From contig CBDUPA010000013.1 in NCBI GenBank assembly GCA_965368975.1, forward strand, positions 64,001 through 128,000: a stretch of DNA of 64,000 bases, written 5' to 3'. Below, one piece after another: positions 1-9,087 of this stretch. Every line of letters begins with the position of its first letter. Positions within the stretch are counted from its first letter, which is position 1. The translations under genes and the position numbers were made by a program. The notes under the pieces are model-generated. The model did no database searches, was not told the DNA's origin, and saw nothing but the letters and a program-made list of their open reading frames with translations. This DNA is from an uncultured bacterium. Its GTDB lineage: Bacteria > Acidobacteriota > Thermoanaerobaculia > Multivoradales > JAHZIX01.

Positions 1-522
1 GGCATTCCAGCCACCCGTCGGCTCCGGGGGAATGAGGGTCAGCACCGACTTGCCGCCCGAACGTTCGAGCGTGAACCGCAGCTTCTCGTCGTCCGCACGG
101 CCCGCCTCGTCGCCGCCCCCGCTGCCCGGCGGGCCTGGCGTGGCCGAGGTCTGGACTTGGGTGATGTCGGTGAAGGCGTAGGTGGCCCGGGCACCTTCGA
201 AGTCTTCACCGTCCAGACGCTCGGTCTCGACCAGCGTCACGCCCGGTCCCATCGACTCGCCCATCTCGCGCAGTGAATCTTCCGAGAACAGGTCGGGCGA
301 CTCTGGCGTCTCGCCGTCTTCGGCAAAGGTCGCAGCCATGGCTTGCATTTGCTGCAGGAAAGCGTTCTTGACGGTGAACTCGTTCTTCACCGTGCCCGTG
401 CCATCGGGCTTGACGGTCATCAAGACATCGACGGTGAAACAAGCCGTGTTGGCCAGCAGCAGGACAGTCAGCAGCGCCAGCAGCAGACCACGGCAACGAA
501 AGCGGGAGATCAAGCTCGACAT
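1..522 (-). CDS. Lipoprotein, partial (runs off window edge)
   Basis: Hand translation from ATG 522: MSSLISRFRCRGLLLALLTVLLLANTAC-FTVDVLMTVKPDGTG...; hydrophobic signal ending in Cys; AAGGAG RBS; not in the ORF track because there is no stop in the window. Confidence 0.7.
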   Translation of the reverse strand, partial: MSSLISRFRCRGLLLALLTVLLLANTACFTVDVLMTVKPDGTGTVKNEFTVKNAFLQQMQAMAATFAEDGETPESPDLFSEDSLREMGESMGPGVTLVETERLDGEDFEGARATYAFTDITQVQTSATPGPPGSGGGDEAGRADDEKLRFTLERSGGKSVLTLIPPEPTGGWNA

Positions 523-658
523 TTCAGGCTCCTTGGGATCACAGAATCAACGGGATGTTCAGCGGCTGGTCGCCAACCCCGGCCTGTAGCAGGCGCACTT
601 CGACCGTTTGGGGCTGCTCGGCGCTCGTACTCTGGTCGGCCTCCTTCCTCGGTCGGGA

Positions 659-1462
659 TCATTCGGAGTCGTCGACGTCGTCCGACAACGCCATGATGCT
701 AAACCCGGCGTCTACGTACAGGGTCTGCCCGGTGATGCCGGATGCGTCGGCACCGAGCAGGAAACCGCTGGCTCCGGCAACCTCTTCGAGCGTGATGTTG
801 CGCTTCATCGGGGTCATCTGGTCGTAGAACTTCATCACCCGACTGAAACCACCAACACCGCGCGCCGATACCGTCTGCAAAGGTCCGGCGGATACCGCGT
901 TGACGCGGATGCCGAGCGGGCCCAACTCATAGGCCAGCTGGCGCACGATGTGCTCCAGCGCCGCCTTGGCGGTCCCCATGACATTGTAGTTGGCAACCAC
1001 GCGCTGCGAGGCGATGTAGGTCATGGCGATGATCGAGCCACCGCCCGGCTGATCGCCCTCGTGCATGTAGCGTTTGGCGTGCTTGGCCATCGGGATCAAG
1101 CTGTAGGCACTGATGTCGAGCGCCATCTTGAAGCCGTCGCGGCTGGTCTCGGTGAAGGCGCCGCTGAGGTCGTCGTGCTGGGCGAAGGCAATGCTGTGGA
1201 CCACATGGTCGAGCCTTCCCCGGGCTTCGTGGTGCTTTGCGAATACCTGCTCGATCGAGCCTTCCTCGGTGACATCGCAGGGTACCAGTACGGCATCGTT
1301 GATGCCTTCGTCTTCCAGCAGTTTCTCCAGACCGCGCAGGAAGCGATCCTGGTAGGCCAGGGTCAGCTTGACCCCCTCGGTATGCAACTTGCGGGTGATG
1401 CCCCAGGCGATACTGCGCTTGTTGGCCACGCCGAAGACGATGGCCGCTCTATCCTCGCTCAT
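659..1462 (-). CDS. fabI: Enoyl-ACP reductase (NADH), FabI
   Basis: GVANKRSIAWGI, HSIAFA, YNVMGTAKAALE, RVNAVSAGP motifs; AAGGAG RBS. Confidence 0.95.
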   Translation of the reverse strand: MSEDRAAIVFGVANKRSIAWGITRKLHTEGVKLTLAYQDRFLRGLEKLLEDEGINDAVLVPCDVTEEGSIEQVFAKHHEARGRLDHVVHSIAFAQHDDLSGAFTETSRDGFKMALDISAYSLIPMAKHAKRYMHEGDQPGGGSIIAMTYIASQRVVANYNVMGTAKAALEHIVRQLAYELGPLGIRVNAVSAGPLQTVSARGVGGFSRVMKFYDQMTPMKRNITLEEVAGASGFLLGADASGITGQTLYVDAGFSIMALSDDVDDSE

Positions 1463-1501
1463 ATATCGAATCTCCTTGAATGTAGTTTCGGTGCGCCGAA
1501 C

Positions 1502-3421
1502 TCAGGCCCCGGCACCGTCCCACGGCCAGCCCAGGATCGCGTCGACGGTATCGCGCGAGACGGCGTGGTAGAGCGGGCGGGCCTGCTCGTAGATCGCGCG
1601 GGCCCGCAGCTTGCTTTCTTCGGACTCGGCCAGATTCTCGTACAGGGGCTTGAGGAACTTGCGCCGCCCCATACCGGTCAGGAAGGTCTCGAGCGCCGGA
1701 TAGCCGGGTGCGTAGTCGTTGTCGATCACATGGTGCAGCCAGGCGTGCAGGATCTCGGAGTTACCGCTCTGGGTGAAACCGTTGGCGGCGTCCAGGTCAG
1801 CCATCTGCGGCTCGCTCAGCTCGCTGGGCAGCTGACGCAGGAAGTGCAGCCACTCATGACTACTCCAGCCCTCGGTTTCCAGGTCGGCGGCAGGGGTGCC
1901 GGCCTGCCAGGTAGCGATCTGGGCTTCGACCTTGGTGAAGGCCTCGGACTGTACCGCCGGGACGTTGGCTGGGATGCCGGGACCGTAGATCCAAGCGTCG
2001 AGCTGCAGCTTGGCGGCCAGCTCGTCGTTGCCGGCGATCAAGTTCTGGTTCAGGTAGTCGAGAAACTGCGCCGTGGTCACCGACTCGAAAGCACGAGTCT
2101 CGAAGTAGGCGCGCAGGAAGTCGTCGAAGGCCTCGCGCCCGACACTCTCCTCCAGCAGACGCAGCAGGAAGTAGCCTTTCTCGTAAGCGATATCGGTCAT
2201 GCCGTCGTCGGGATTGCGGCCAGCGAGGTCGAGGTAGAGATGGGTGTCGGGACTCTCGGCGCCCAGCTCCTCCACCGTCGCTTGCAAGTCCTGCCAGCCG
2301 AGCTGTGCCAGCATCTCGGAGTAGTCACGGCCGTAGAGGGCCTCCATGATTCGACGCTCGAAGTAGACGGTGAAGCCTTCGTTGAGCCAGAAGTCGTTCC
2401 AGGTGGCATTGGTCACCAGGTTGCCGGACCAGCTGTGCGCCAGCTCGTGCGCCACCAGAGCGGTGAGCGAGCGATCACCGGCAAGGATGGTGGGCGTGAG
2501 GAAGGTCAGGCGTGGGTTCTCCATACCACCGAAGGGAAAGCTGGGTGGCAGTACGAGCATGTCGTAGCGCTCCCAACGATAGGGGCCGTACAGCTCCTCG
2601 GAAGCCTCGATCATCTTCTCTGTATCGGCGAATTCATAGGCCGCGGCTTCGACCACTGACGGCAGTGCATAGACGCCCGTGCGCTCTCCGATGGCACGGA
2701 ACTCGAGGTCACCGACGCCGAGAGCCAGCAGGTAGGACGGGACCGGCTGCTGCATCTGGAAGCTGTAGACGCCGTCGTCGCTCTTCTCCTGCGGGTTGGC
2801 GGCGCTCATTACCGCCATCAGGCCAGCCGGTACGCGGATCGTCGCCTCGTAGGTCATGCGCACTTCCGGCGTATCCTGGCACGGCACCCAGGTGCGGGCG
2901 AGAATGGCCTGCGACTGGCTGAGCAGGAACGGGTGGTCACCGCCGGTCTGTGACGGTTCGAGCCACTGCAGGGCGGCGGCGTCTGGGCTACTGAAGTAGT
3001 CGATGTGCACGACCTTCGTATCCGGCTGGATGTCGATGATCAGCGGGCTGCCGAAGTGCTCTTTGGCTTCCCCTACCGTGTAGGTTGCCTGTGCCTCACT
3101 GTCGTCGAGGGTGACGCCTCGGATCGTGAGGTCGCGCGTGTCGAGATGCAGCTCGCTGGCGCCAGTGGGGTTGTCCAGGTGCACGCTGGCGATGCCGCTC
3201 AGCTGCCGAGTCTGGAAGTCGACACCCAGGTCGAGCGCCAAGTGCCGCACGCGCACTTCGTCGGGACGAGAATAGGAGTGTGGGTCGACGGCATCGCTGG
3301 GGCTCGCGGAATCCACGCTCGCGCTTCCCTCAGGAGTTGGGCCGCCACAGGCGGCTGGCAACAGCAGGATGGAAAACAGCATGGAAACGGCCAGCAGGAG
3401 TCGGAAGCTTCGAATGTGCAT
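1502..3421 (-). CDS. M1 family aminopeptidase (leukotriene A4 hydrolase-like), probable lipoprotein
   Basis: GGMEN and HELAH-x18-E (NEGF) motifs; start re-set to ATG 3421 (MHIRSF..., GAAAGG RBS, signal ending LPAAC). Confidence 0.9.
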   Translation of the reverse strand: MHIRSFRLLLAVSMLFSILLLPAACGGPTPEGSASVDSASPSDAVDPHSYSRPDEVRVRHLALDLGVDFQTRQLSGIASVHLDNPTGASELHLDTRDLTIRGVTLDDSEAQATYTVGEAKEHFGSPLIIDIQPDTKVVHIDYFSSPDAAALQWLEPSQTGGDHPFLLSQSQAILARTWVPCQDTPEVRMTYEATIRVPAGLMAVMSAANPQEKSDDGVYSFQMQQPVPSYLLALGVGDLEFRAIGERTGVYALPSVVEAAAYEFADTEKMIEASEELYGPYRWERYDMLVLPPSFPFGGMENPRLTFLTPTILAGDRSLTALVAHELAHSWSGNLVTNATWNDFWLNEGFTVYFERRIMEALYGRDYSEMLAQLGWQDLQATVEELGAESPDTHLYLDLAGRNPDDGMTDIAYEKGYFLLRLLEESVGREAFDDFLRAYFETRAFESVTTAQFLDYLNQNLIAGNDELAAKLQLDAWIYGPGIPANVPAVQSEAFTKVEAQIATWQAGTPAADLETEGWSSHEWLHFLRQLPSELSEPQMADLDAANGFTQSGNSEILHAWLHHVIDNDYAPGYPALETFLTGMGRRKFLKPLYENLAESEESKLRARAIYEQARPLYHAVSRDTVDAILGWPWDGAGA

Positions 3422-3558
3422 GTCGTACCTTTCGAGAGGATGCTCGTTGGCAAGCAGATCTGGCAGTGGGGATGGAGGTCGGACCGCGGTCAGGGAGTAG
3501 CATGTGGGTTGAACCGGGGGTATTGGAAGGTCGCCTGAGAGTATCACAGCGCCTGGCC

Positions 3559-4410
3559 TCACCCAGGACTGGAAGCAGGCAGAACCGTGGTACCACCATG
3601 CGGCGCTGACGCATCGACCAGCACCTGCCGCAGTAACCCGGGCCGCCGACCATCGAGCAGGCAAGACTCGATGCCACGGGCCGCCAGGTTGCGCACGGTC
3701 TGCAGGCGCAGCTCCATACCGCCCGTGACGTCGGTACCACGGGGAGCACGAATCACCTGGCTGCCTCCATCTCGTAGCCATCCGTCCAACTGCGTCGCCG
3801 GCAGAGACGCCACGGTGGCTCCGTCCGCATCGAGCAACCCGGCGGTCTCCCCCAGCCAGAGGGCGCGACGGACTGTGTGCCCCGCCGCCTGCAAGGGGCT
3901 GCACAGCGCTGCCAAGACATGTTCGGTGGAGCGAATGCACGCCCCCCAGGTGAGATCGAGCACGACATCGCCGCAGACCACCGGCAAGAGTCCTTGCTCG
4001 AGCGCGCACAGGAGCGGCTCCGTCTGCAGGCTGGCGATGCGCCCGGCGTCGGTGGTCAGGAAGGCCGACGGTGACAAGGAAAAGGGACGGGCTCCGGCCT
4101 GCACCAGGCTGTCGAGTACCAGCCGGTGCAAGGCCGCGGCGGCAGCTTGGGTCGCGGCGATCCCGTCGGCCAGCGGGACGTGAGCCTCCGTGGCGACTGG
4201 GGCTCCGCTGCTCAGACCCGCGCGGCGTGCCTCGACATGACCAAAGGAGCCGCTGCCGTGCCCCAAGACAAGCCCTGTCTGCTCGCTCAGGTCTCGGCGT
4301 GCGGCGGCCAGCTCGGCGGCCAGACGTTCGATCACGTCGCGGCGTGCGTGGCCGGGCCGCGTCTTGTCGGTGAGCAGCGAACCGCCCAGCTTGACCAGCA
4401 CGACGTCCAC
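3559..4410 (-). CDS. Isopentenyl phosphate kinase (amino-acid kinase family)
   Basis: KLGGSLLTDK, HGSGSFGH (IPK His), DVTGGM motifs. Confidence 0.85.
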   Translation of the reverse strand: MDVVLVKLGGSLLTDKTRPGHARRDVIERLAAELAAARRDLSEQTGLVLGHGSGSFGHVEARRAGLSSGAPVATEAHVPLADGIAATQAAAAALHRLVLDSLVQAGARPFSLSPSAFLTTDAGRIASLQTEPLLCALEQGLLPVVCGDVVLDLTWGACIRSTEHVLAALCSPLQAAGHTVRRALWLGETAGLLDADGATVASLPATQLDGWLRDGGSQVIRAPRGTDVTGGMELRLQTVRNLAARGIESCLLDGRRPGLLRQVLVDASAPHGGTTVLPASSPG

Positions 4411-4458
4411 TAGAGGATTCCCTTCATCGGTAGTAGCCCTCCATCGTACCGTCGTCCG

Positions 4459-5538
4459 TCAAAAGAACGGCTCAACCTCAACGCGCGGCCCGTCGCCGAC
4501 GCGGTCGCGGAGGACCTGGTGCACGCCATCGACCCGTGCCAGCGTGGTGGTGACGCGCTCGCTTTCGGCCTGGGCGCAGATCACGTGGACGTTGGCGCCG
4601 GCATCCATCGTGCTCCAGGCCGAGCAGCCATCCTCGCGCAGCTGACGCACGGCCGCCAGGACGGCAAGCGTGGCCGGCTGCCAGTAGAAGATCGGCGGCT
4701 GGCTGGACATGGCGATCAAGTGCAGCTCGATCGCGTCTTGCTCCAGGAGCGGCCCGAGACGGTCCAGGTCGCGCGCCAACACCGCCGAGCGCACCGCTTC
4801 CAGCCGCGCCGGCAGCAAGGCCTGGCGCGCCGCGAAGTGCGGACTGCTGGCAGCGCGGCGGTGGCCGTCGAGCGAGGCGACAGCCTTGGGACCGGTCTCG
4901 ACCAGGGCAATGACGTCAGCCAAGTCCCAGTGTTGCGCTGGCGCCATCTGGCGCGCCACGCAAGTCGTCTCGGCATCTGCGGCATCGGCGGACCAGTCAG
5001 GCGGCGGCCACTCGACGAAGCCGCCGAGTACCGAGCGCGACGCCGACCCGGAACCACTGCGGCGAGCCAGCAGCGAGCGCGTGTCGGCGTCGGGATCGAG
5101 GCCGAGTGCGCCGCACGCGGCGAGTGTCAGAGCGGCGAAGCCGGAAGCCGAGGAGGCCAGGCCCGCGGCGGCCGGAAAGCTGTTGCGCGTCACGACCCGC
5201 CAGTGTCCTTCGCTGGGGTGCCCCTGGGTACGTGCCCAGGCCCGCAGACGTTCCAGATGGTCGAGGGCTCGCTGGCGAAAGCGCGGGGGTGGCTCGAGCA
5301 CTTGACTGCCGCGAGCTTCCTCGACAGCCAAGTGGATCGTCGACTTCCCCGGGCCGGGCACGAGCTCTACCGTGCAGCGACTGCGGCACACACTCAGCGT
5401 CATCGAGATCGAGCCGTTGCAGGGCAAGGCTCGTTCGAGATCGGTGGTTCCCCAATACTTGATGAAGGCGATGTTGGCCGGAGCCGAGACCGTGCACTTG
5501 CCAGGGCTGAAGCTTTCCGTGGAATCGAGAGACTGCAT
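4459..5538 (-). CDS. mvaD: Mevalonate (di)phosphate decarboxylase, GHMP family
   Basis: ANIAFIKYWG, FPAAAGLASSASG, GSGSASRS, TMDAGANVH motifs. Confidence 0.88.
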   Translation of the reverse strand: MQSLDSTESFSPGKCTVSAPANIAFIKYWGTTDLERALPCNGSISMTLSVCRSRCTVELVPGPGKSTIHLAVEEARGSQVLEPPPRFRQRALDHLERLRAWARTQGHPSEGHWRVVTRNSFPAAAGLASSASGFAALTLAACGALGLDPDADTRSLLARRSGSGSASRSVLGGFVEWPPPDWSADAADAETTCVARQMAPAQHWDLADVIALVETGPKAVASLDGHRRAASSPHFAARQALLPARLEAVRSAVLARDLDRLGPLLEQDAIELHLIAMSSQPPIFYWQPATLAVLAAVRQLREDGCSAWSTMDAGANVHVICAQAESERVTTTLARVDGVHQVLRDRVGDGPRVEVEPFF

Positions 5539-5584
5539 AGCTGATGCGCAGTCTACACCAGCAGCGAAAGCTGGGTACCCGACC

Positions 5585-6028
5585 TCAAGCCCCCGGATCC
5601 TCCTCCAGCCGATCCGCGATCGATGCCGGGATCGGCACCGTCTTCAAGCCCTCTGGCAGCCCCATCAGGCAGCATGCAGCGGCTGTGTGGCCGCGCGCCA
5701 GCAGGCGGCCGTCGCAGTGGATCTCCCAGGCGTAGGTCATTGACGTCCGGCCCTTGCGACGGATGCGCAAGTGCACGTCGAGAACATCCTCGAAGCGCGC
5801 CGGTGCCTTGAAGTCAGCCGACGACGCGAGCCGCGGCCAGCCGGCACGCTGGCCATCGACCTCAAACTCGACGCTGGTGCCGAGCGAGCGCAAGAAGGCG
5901 TGCTCGGCCTCCTCGGCGAAAACGAAGTAGCGAGAGAAATGCAGGATGCCACCCATGTCTGTGTCCGCGAACTCGACCCGACGCTGGTAGTGGAAGTCGC
6001 GGACCTTCGGTGCGGGTAATGGGCTCAC
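5585..6028 (-). CDS. Hot-dog fold acyl-CoA thioesterase (4HBT/YbgC family)
   Basis: RRVEFADTDMGGILHF motif; start overlaps the GT4 stop. Confidence 0.88.
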   Translation of the reverse strand: MSPLPAPKVRDFHYQRRVEFADTDMGGILHFSRYFVFAEEAEHAFLRSLGTSVEFEVDGQRAGWPRLASSADFKAPARFEDVLDVHLRIRRKGRTSMTYAWEIHCDGRLLARGHTAAACCLMGLPEGLKTVPIPASIADRLEEDPGA

Positions 6029-7362
6029 GCGGCCCTCCCTGCGGCTTGGGTCACCAGCTTCTCGTAGATGTCCAGCGTCCGTCGCGCCATCGCCTCGTCA
6101 CTGTGTTCCGTGTGCACGACCTTGCGTGCCCGCTCCCCCATGCTGTGACGGTGCTCGCGGCTGCGCATCAGCAACATCAACGCGGCAGCGACGGCGTCCG
6201 CGGATTCAGGTTCGACGAGCAGGCCGCCGCCGGTGCGTTCCAGCATCTCGGGGAAGACCCCGTGGTGAGGCACGACGACCGGGACGCCAGCGGCCTGTGC
6301 CTCGAGCAGACTCAATCCCTTGGATTCGCGGTAGACAGTGGGCACCGCCACCGCATCGACGCTGCGCAGGAGCGCCAACTTGCCCGCCCGGTCGACCTCA
6401 CCGAGCATCTCGACCTGCTCCGCCAACCCCCACTCCTGCAGTCGTGCCATCTGCTCGGCAGCGTAGGCCTGGTCCTTGGGCCCCAGGTACCCGGCGATGC
6501 GCAGGCGTACTCTCGACTTGCCAGCCTGTTCTGCCAGCTGACGGAAAGCCTCGACCAGGATGTGCAGGCCTTTCTCAGGACAGATGCGCGCCAGGAAGCC
6601 AATGGCGAATGGGGGCTCCTCCGCTGCCGCCTCGACAGTGGCGCGCGGCAAGGGCGTGCCGGGCGGGTCGAAGTCCTGCAACAAGAGACCGAAGGGAACG
6701 ATGTGAATGCGCTCGCGCTCGACGTGGAGGTAGTCGGCCATGAAATCGGCGTACTCGCTGCTGCCACAGAGGAAGGCGTCGGCATCGTGCACGCGCTCGT
6801 ACAGCACCTGGCGAGCGCGCGTCCGGTAGGGCTCGATGAGGTCGTCGAGGAAGATCTCCTCCCCCAACAGGGAGCACACGACCGGCACGCCGAGTTCCTG
6901 CTTGACGCGCCGTGCGACCCCGAGCAGCATCGAATTCTGCAGCTGCACGACGTCGGGCCGCAGATCGGAGCGCAGCCAGTCGACCAGGGCCTCTAGCTCA
7001 CTGGCGCTGTTGCCGTCTTCGCCTTCGAGCATGGTGACGGTCAGGCGACCGAGGTCGCGCGCGTCACTGCTGGCGCTGAAACGCGATACGTACTCGAGCA
7101 CCGAGCGGCGATCGAGCCAGCGGTGCAAGAAGCCGGGCAGACGCGCAAACCAGCGCGAGCGGCTCTGCAGATAGACGTTGACCGCCCCGAAAAACACGCG
7201 ATCCATGCTGACATTGGTCTCGTCGGTGCGCATCGGCGTGTAGAGCGGGATCAGCGCCGCATCGTGGCCGAGGCGTTGCAGCGCCGCCGCCAGGGTGTTG
7301 TCGTGGATACAGGCGCCGCACAGCATGCCGGCGGCACCCGCGGAGATCATGCCGACCTTCAT
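6025..7362 (-). CDS. Glycosyltransferase family 4 with N-terminal CGAC motif
   Basis: ARICPEKG and ESKGLSLLEAQAAGVPVV GT-B motifs. Confidence 0.88.
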   Translation of the reverse strand: MKVGMISAGAAGMLCGACIHDNTLAAALQRLGHDAALIPLYTPMRTDETNVSMDRVFFGAVNVYLQSRSRWFARLPGFLHRWLDRRSVLEYVSRFSASSDARDLGRLTVTMLEGEDGNSASELEALVDWLRSDLRPDVVQLQNSMLLGVARRVKQELGVPVVCSLLGEEIFLDDLIEPYRTRARQVLYERVHDADAFLCGSSEYADFMADYLHVERERIHIVPFGLLLQDFDPPGTPLPRATVEAAAEEPPFAIGFLARICPEKGLHILVEAFRQLAEQAGKSRVRLRIAGYLGPKDQAYAAEQMARLQEWGLAEQVEMLGEVDRAGKLALLRSVDAVAVPTVYRESKGLSLLEAQAAGVPVVVPHHGVFPEMLERTGGGLLVEPESADAVAAALMLLMRSREHRHSMGERARKVVHTEHSDEAMARRTLDIYEKLVTQAAGRAA

Positions 7363-8846
7363 GTCGTGCTCCCGGCTCCCCGGGGAGCGAAGAAGCGCGC
7401 CACGTGTTCGCTCGACGGCGGGCGACTGGCCAACGAGACGACGATCAACACCAGAGCCGCGCTGAGCAGGATAATGGCCACGGGCATCACGCCGCTACCG
7501 GCCACCGTGTAGCCCGGCACCTGCCAACCGTGGACGAAGAAGAAGATCCACAGCACAATCACCGTCAACACCGCAGCGATGGCGCCGGCGCGCGTGCTGC
7601 GCCGCCAGTAGAGGGCGGCCACGACCAACGGCACCAGCGCCGCGAAGCCGGTGAAGGACCACACACCGAGCTTGAAGATCGACGCCGGCGACACCAGCGA
7701 CAGCAGGAAGGTCAGCGCCAGCAGGCCACCGACAAACCAGCGGCCGGTCCGCACCTGCGCGGCCTCACTCATTGTCTTGCCGCGAGCGTGCTGTACCGGA
7801 CGCACGACGTCCTGTGTGAACATCGTCGACAACGCCAACACCTGCGAGTCGAGCGACGACATGATGGCCGCGAAGACGCCCGCGGTGAGCAGACCGGCGA
7901 GCAGTTCCGGGGTGTGCAGACCGATCATGCGCACCAGCACCGAGCTGGCCTCCGGGCCCTGCAGCGCCGGAAAGTCGAGCTTGCCGAGCATGCCGATCAG
8001 GACACTGGGCACCCACACGATCACCAAACACAGCGGGTAGGCGATCATCGGCAGGCGAAAGCTGCGCGCGTCGCGGGCCGAGAGCCAGTGCAAGAAGATG
8101 TGCGGGAACATACCGACCGACAGCGGAATCAGCGTGTAGCTGAGGAGCTTTTGCCAGGGCATGCCGTCACCGCGCCGCAGCAACTCGGGTTCGACCGCCG
8201 CCAGGCGTCCCAGCGCCGCTTCCAGGCCACCAACTTGGCGCAGGATGAGGAAGAAAGTGACAGCGCCCAGCGTCATGAAGACCAGTGTCTGGAAGGTGTT
8301 GGCCCAGGCAGTGCCGCGCAGACCGCCATAGCTGACGTAGGTCAGGACAACGGCCGTGATGACCAGACTTCCCAACCACTGCGGCACCTCACCACCGGTG
8401 ATCTGCGCCACCGCGACGCCACCGCCGAGGACACCGATCAACAAGTATGGGATGACCAGGAGCACCAACACGGCGAACAGCAGCACGCCGAGGCCGCGGC
8501 TCTGGTAGCGCGCCTGGAAGAATTGCACTTGCGTCAGGTAGCCGTGCCGCTTCCCCACCGCCCACAGCCGGATGCCGACGAAGAAGAAGACCAGCGGCAC
8601 GACGATCGCCGATGCTGAGGCCATCAGCGCAAAGACGCCGACCCCCTGGCGGTAGGCCTCACCCGAGGCGCCGAGCAGTGAGAACGACGTCATGTGCGTA
8701 CCGAACAGGCTCATCAGCAGCACGAAGGGGCCAATCGTCCGCGTGGCGAGGAAGAAGTCCTCACCGGTACCTCGAAACAAACGATGGCTGAGCAAGCCGA
8801 TGCTCAAGACCAGCATGAGGTAGAGCACCAAGACTGCGATGATCAT
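7359..8846 (-). CDS. Sodium:solute symporter family transporter
   Basis: Many TM segments; YGGLRGTAW, AAIMSSLDS motifs. Confidence 0.92.
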   Translation of the reverse strand: MIIAVLVLYLMLVLSIGLLSHRLFRGTGEDFFLATRTIGPFVLLMSLFGTHMTSFSLLGASGEAYRQGVGVFALMASASAIVVPLVFFFVGIRLWAVGKRHGYLTQVQFFQARYQSRGLGVLLFAVLVLLVIPYLLIGVLGGGVAVAQITGGEVPQWLGSLVITAVVLTYVSYGGLRGTAWANTFQTLVFMTLGAVTFFLILRQVGGLEAALGRLAAVEPELLRRGDGMPWQKLLSYTLIPLSVGMFPHIFLHWLSARDARSFRLPMIAYPLCLVIVWVPSVLIGMLGKLDFPALQGPEASSVLVRMIGLHTPELLAGLLTAGVFAAIMSSLDSQVLALSTMFTQDVVRPVQHARGKTMSEAAQVRTGRWFVGGLLALTFLLSLVSPASIFKLGVWSFTGFAALVPLVVAALYWRRSTRAGAIAAVLTVIVLWIFFFVHGWQVPGYTVAGSGVMPVAIILLSAALVLIVVSLASRPPSSEHVARFFAPRGAGSTT

Positions 8847-9070
8847 GCCGCGGACTCCTCCTCGGAGACATTTTGCGGCCAGCCGACTCGCACTAGAAGA
8901 GCCATGACGCCGGCGACCAGGAAGCAGTAGCCAACGTGGTAGAGAAAGACCGCCGGTAGCCCGAGCCAGAGGCGGTCAGCGCCATCGACGGGCACCAGTC
9001 GCCACAACCAGGCGTCTTCGTGCAGCAGGTAGACGCTTGCCAACAGGAGTAGCAGAGGGAGCCGGCGCAT
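8843..9070 (-). CDS. Small 2-TM membrane protein accompanying SSS transporters (DUF3311-like)
   Basis: 75 aa, two hydrophobic segments, LGLP motif, 4-bp overlap with the SSS start. Confidence 0.7.
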   Translation of the reverse strand: MRRLPLLLLLASVYLLHEDAWLWRLVPVDGADRLWLGLPAVFLYHVGYCFLVAGVMALLVRVGWPQNVSEEESAA

Positions 9071-9087
9071 GGTTTCCAGCTGTTCTC

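Noticed and set aside
608-2659. 683-aa plus-strand ORF and similar long antisense ORFs (e.g. 20005-21486, 23843-24964, 47284-48270)
   Set aside because: Shadow frames of clear opposite-strand genes in high-GC DNA; no motifs
3422-4009. N-terminal extension of the 835-aa M1 peptidase ORF
   Set aside because: Overlaps the IPK gene; RBS and signal peptide support a start at 3421
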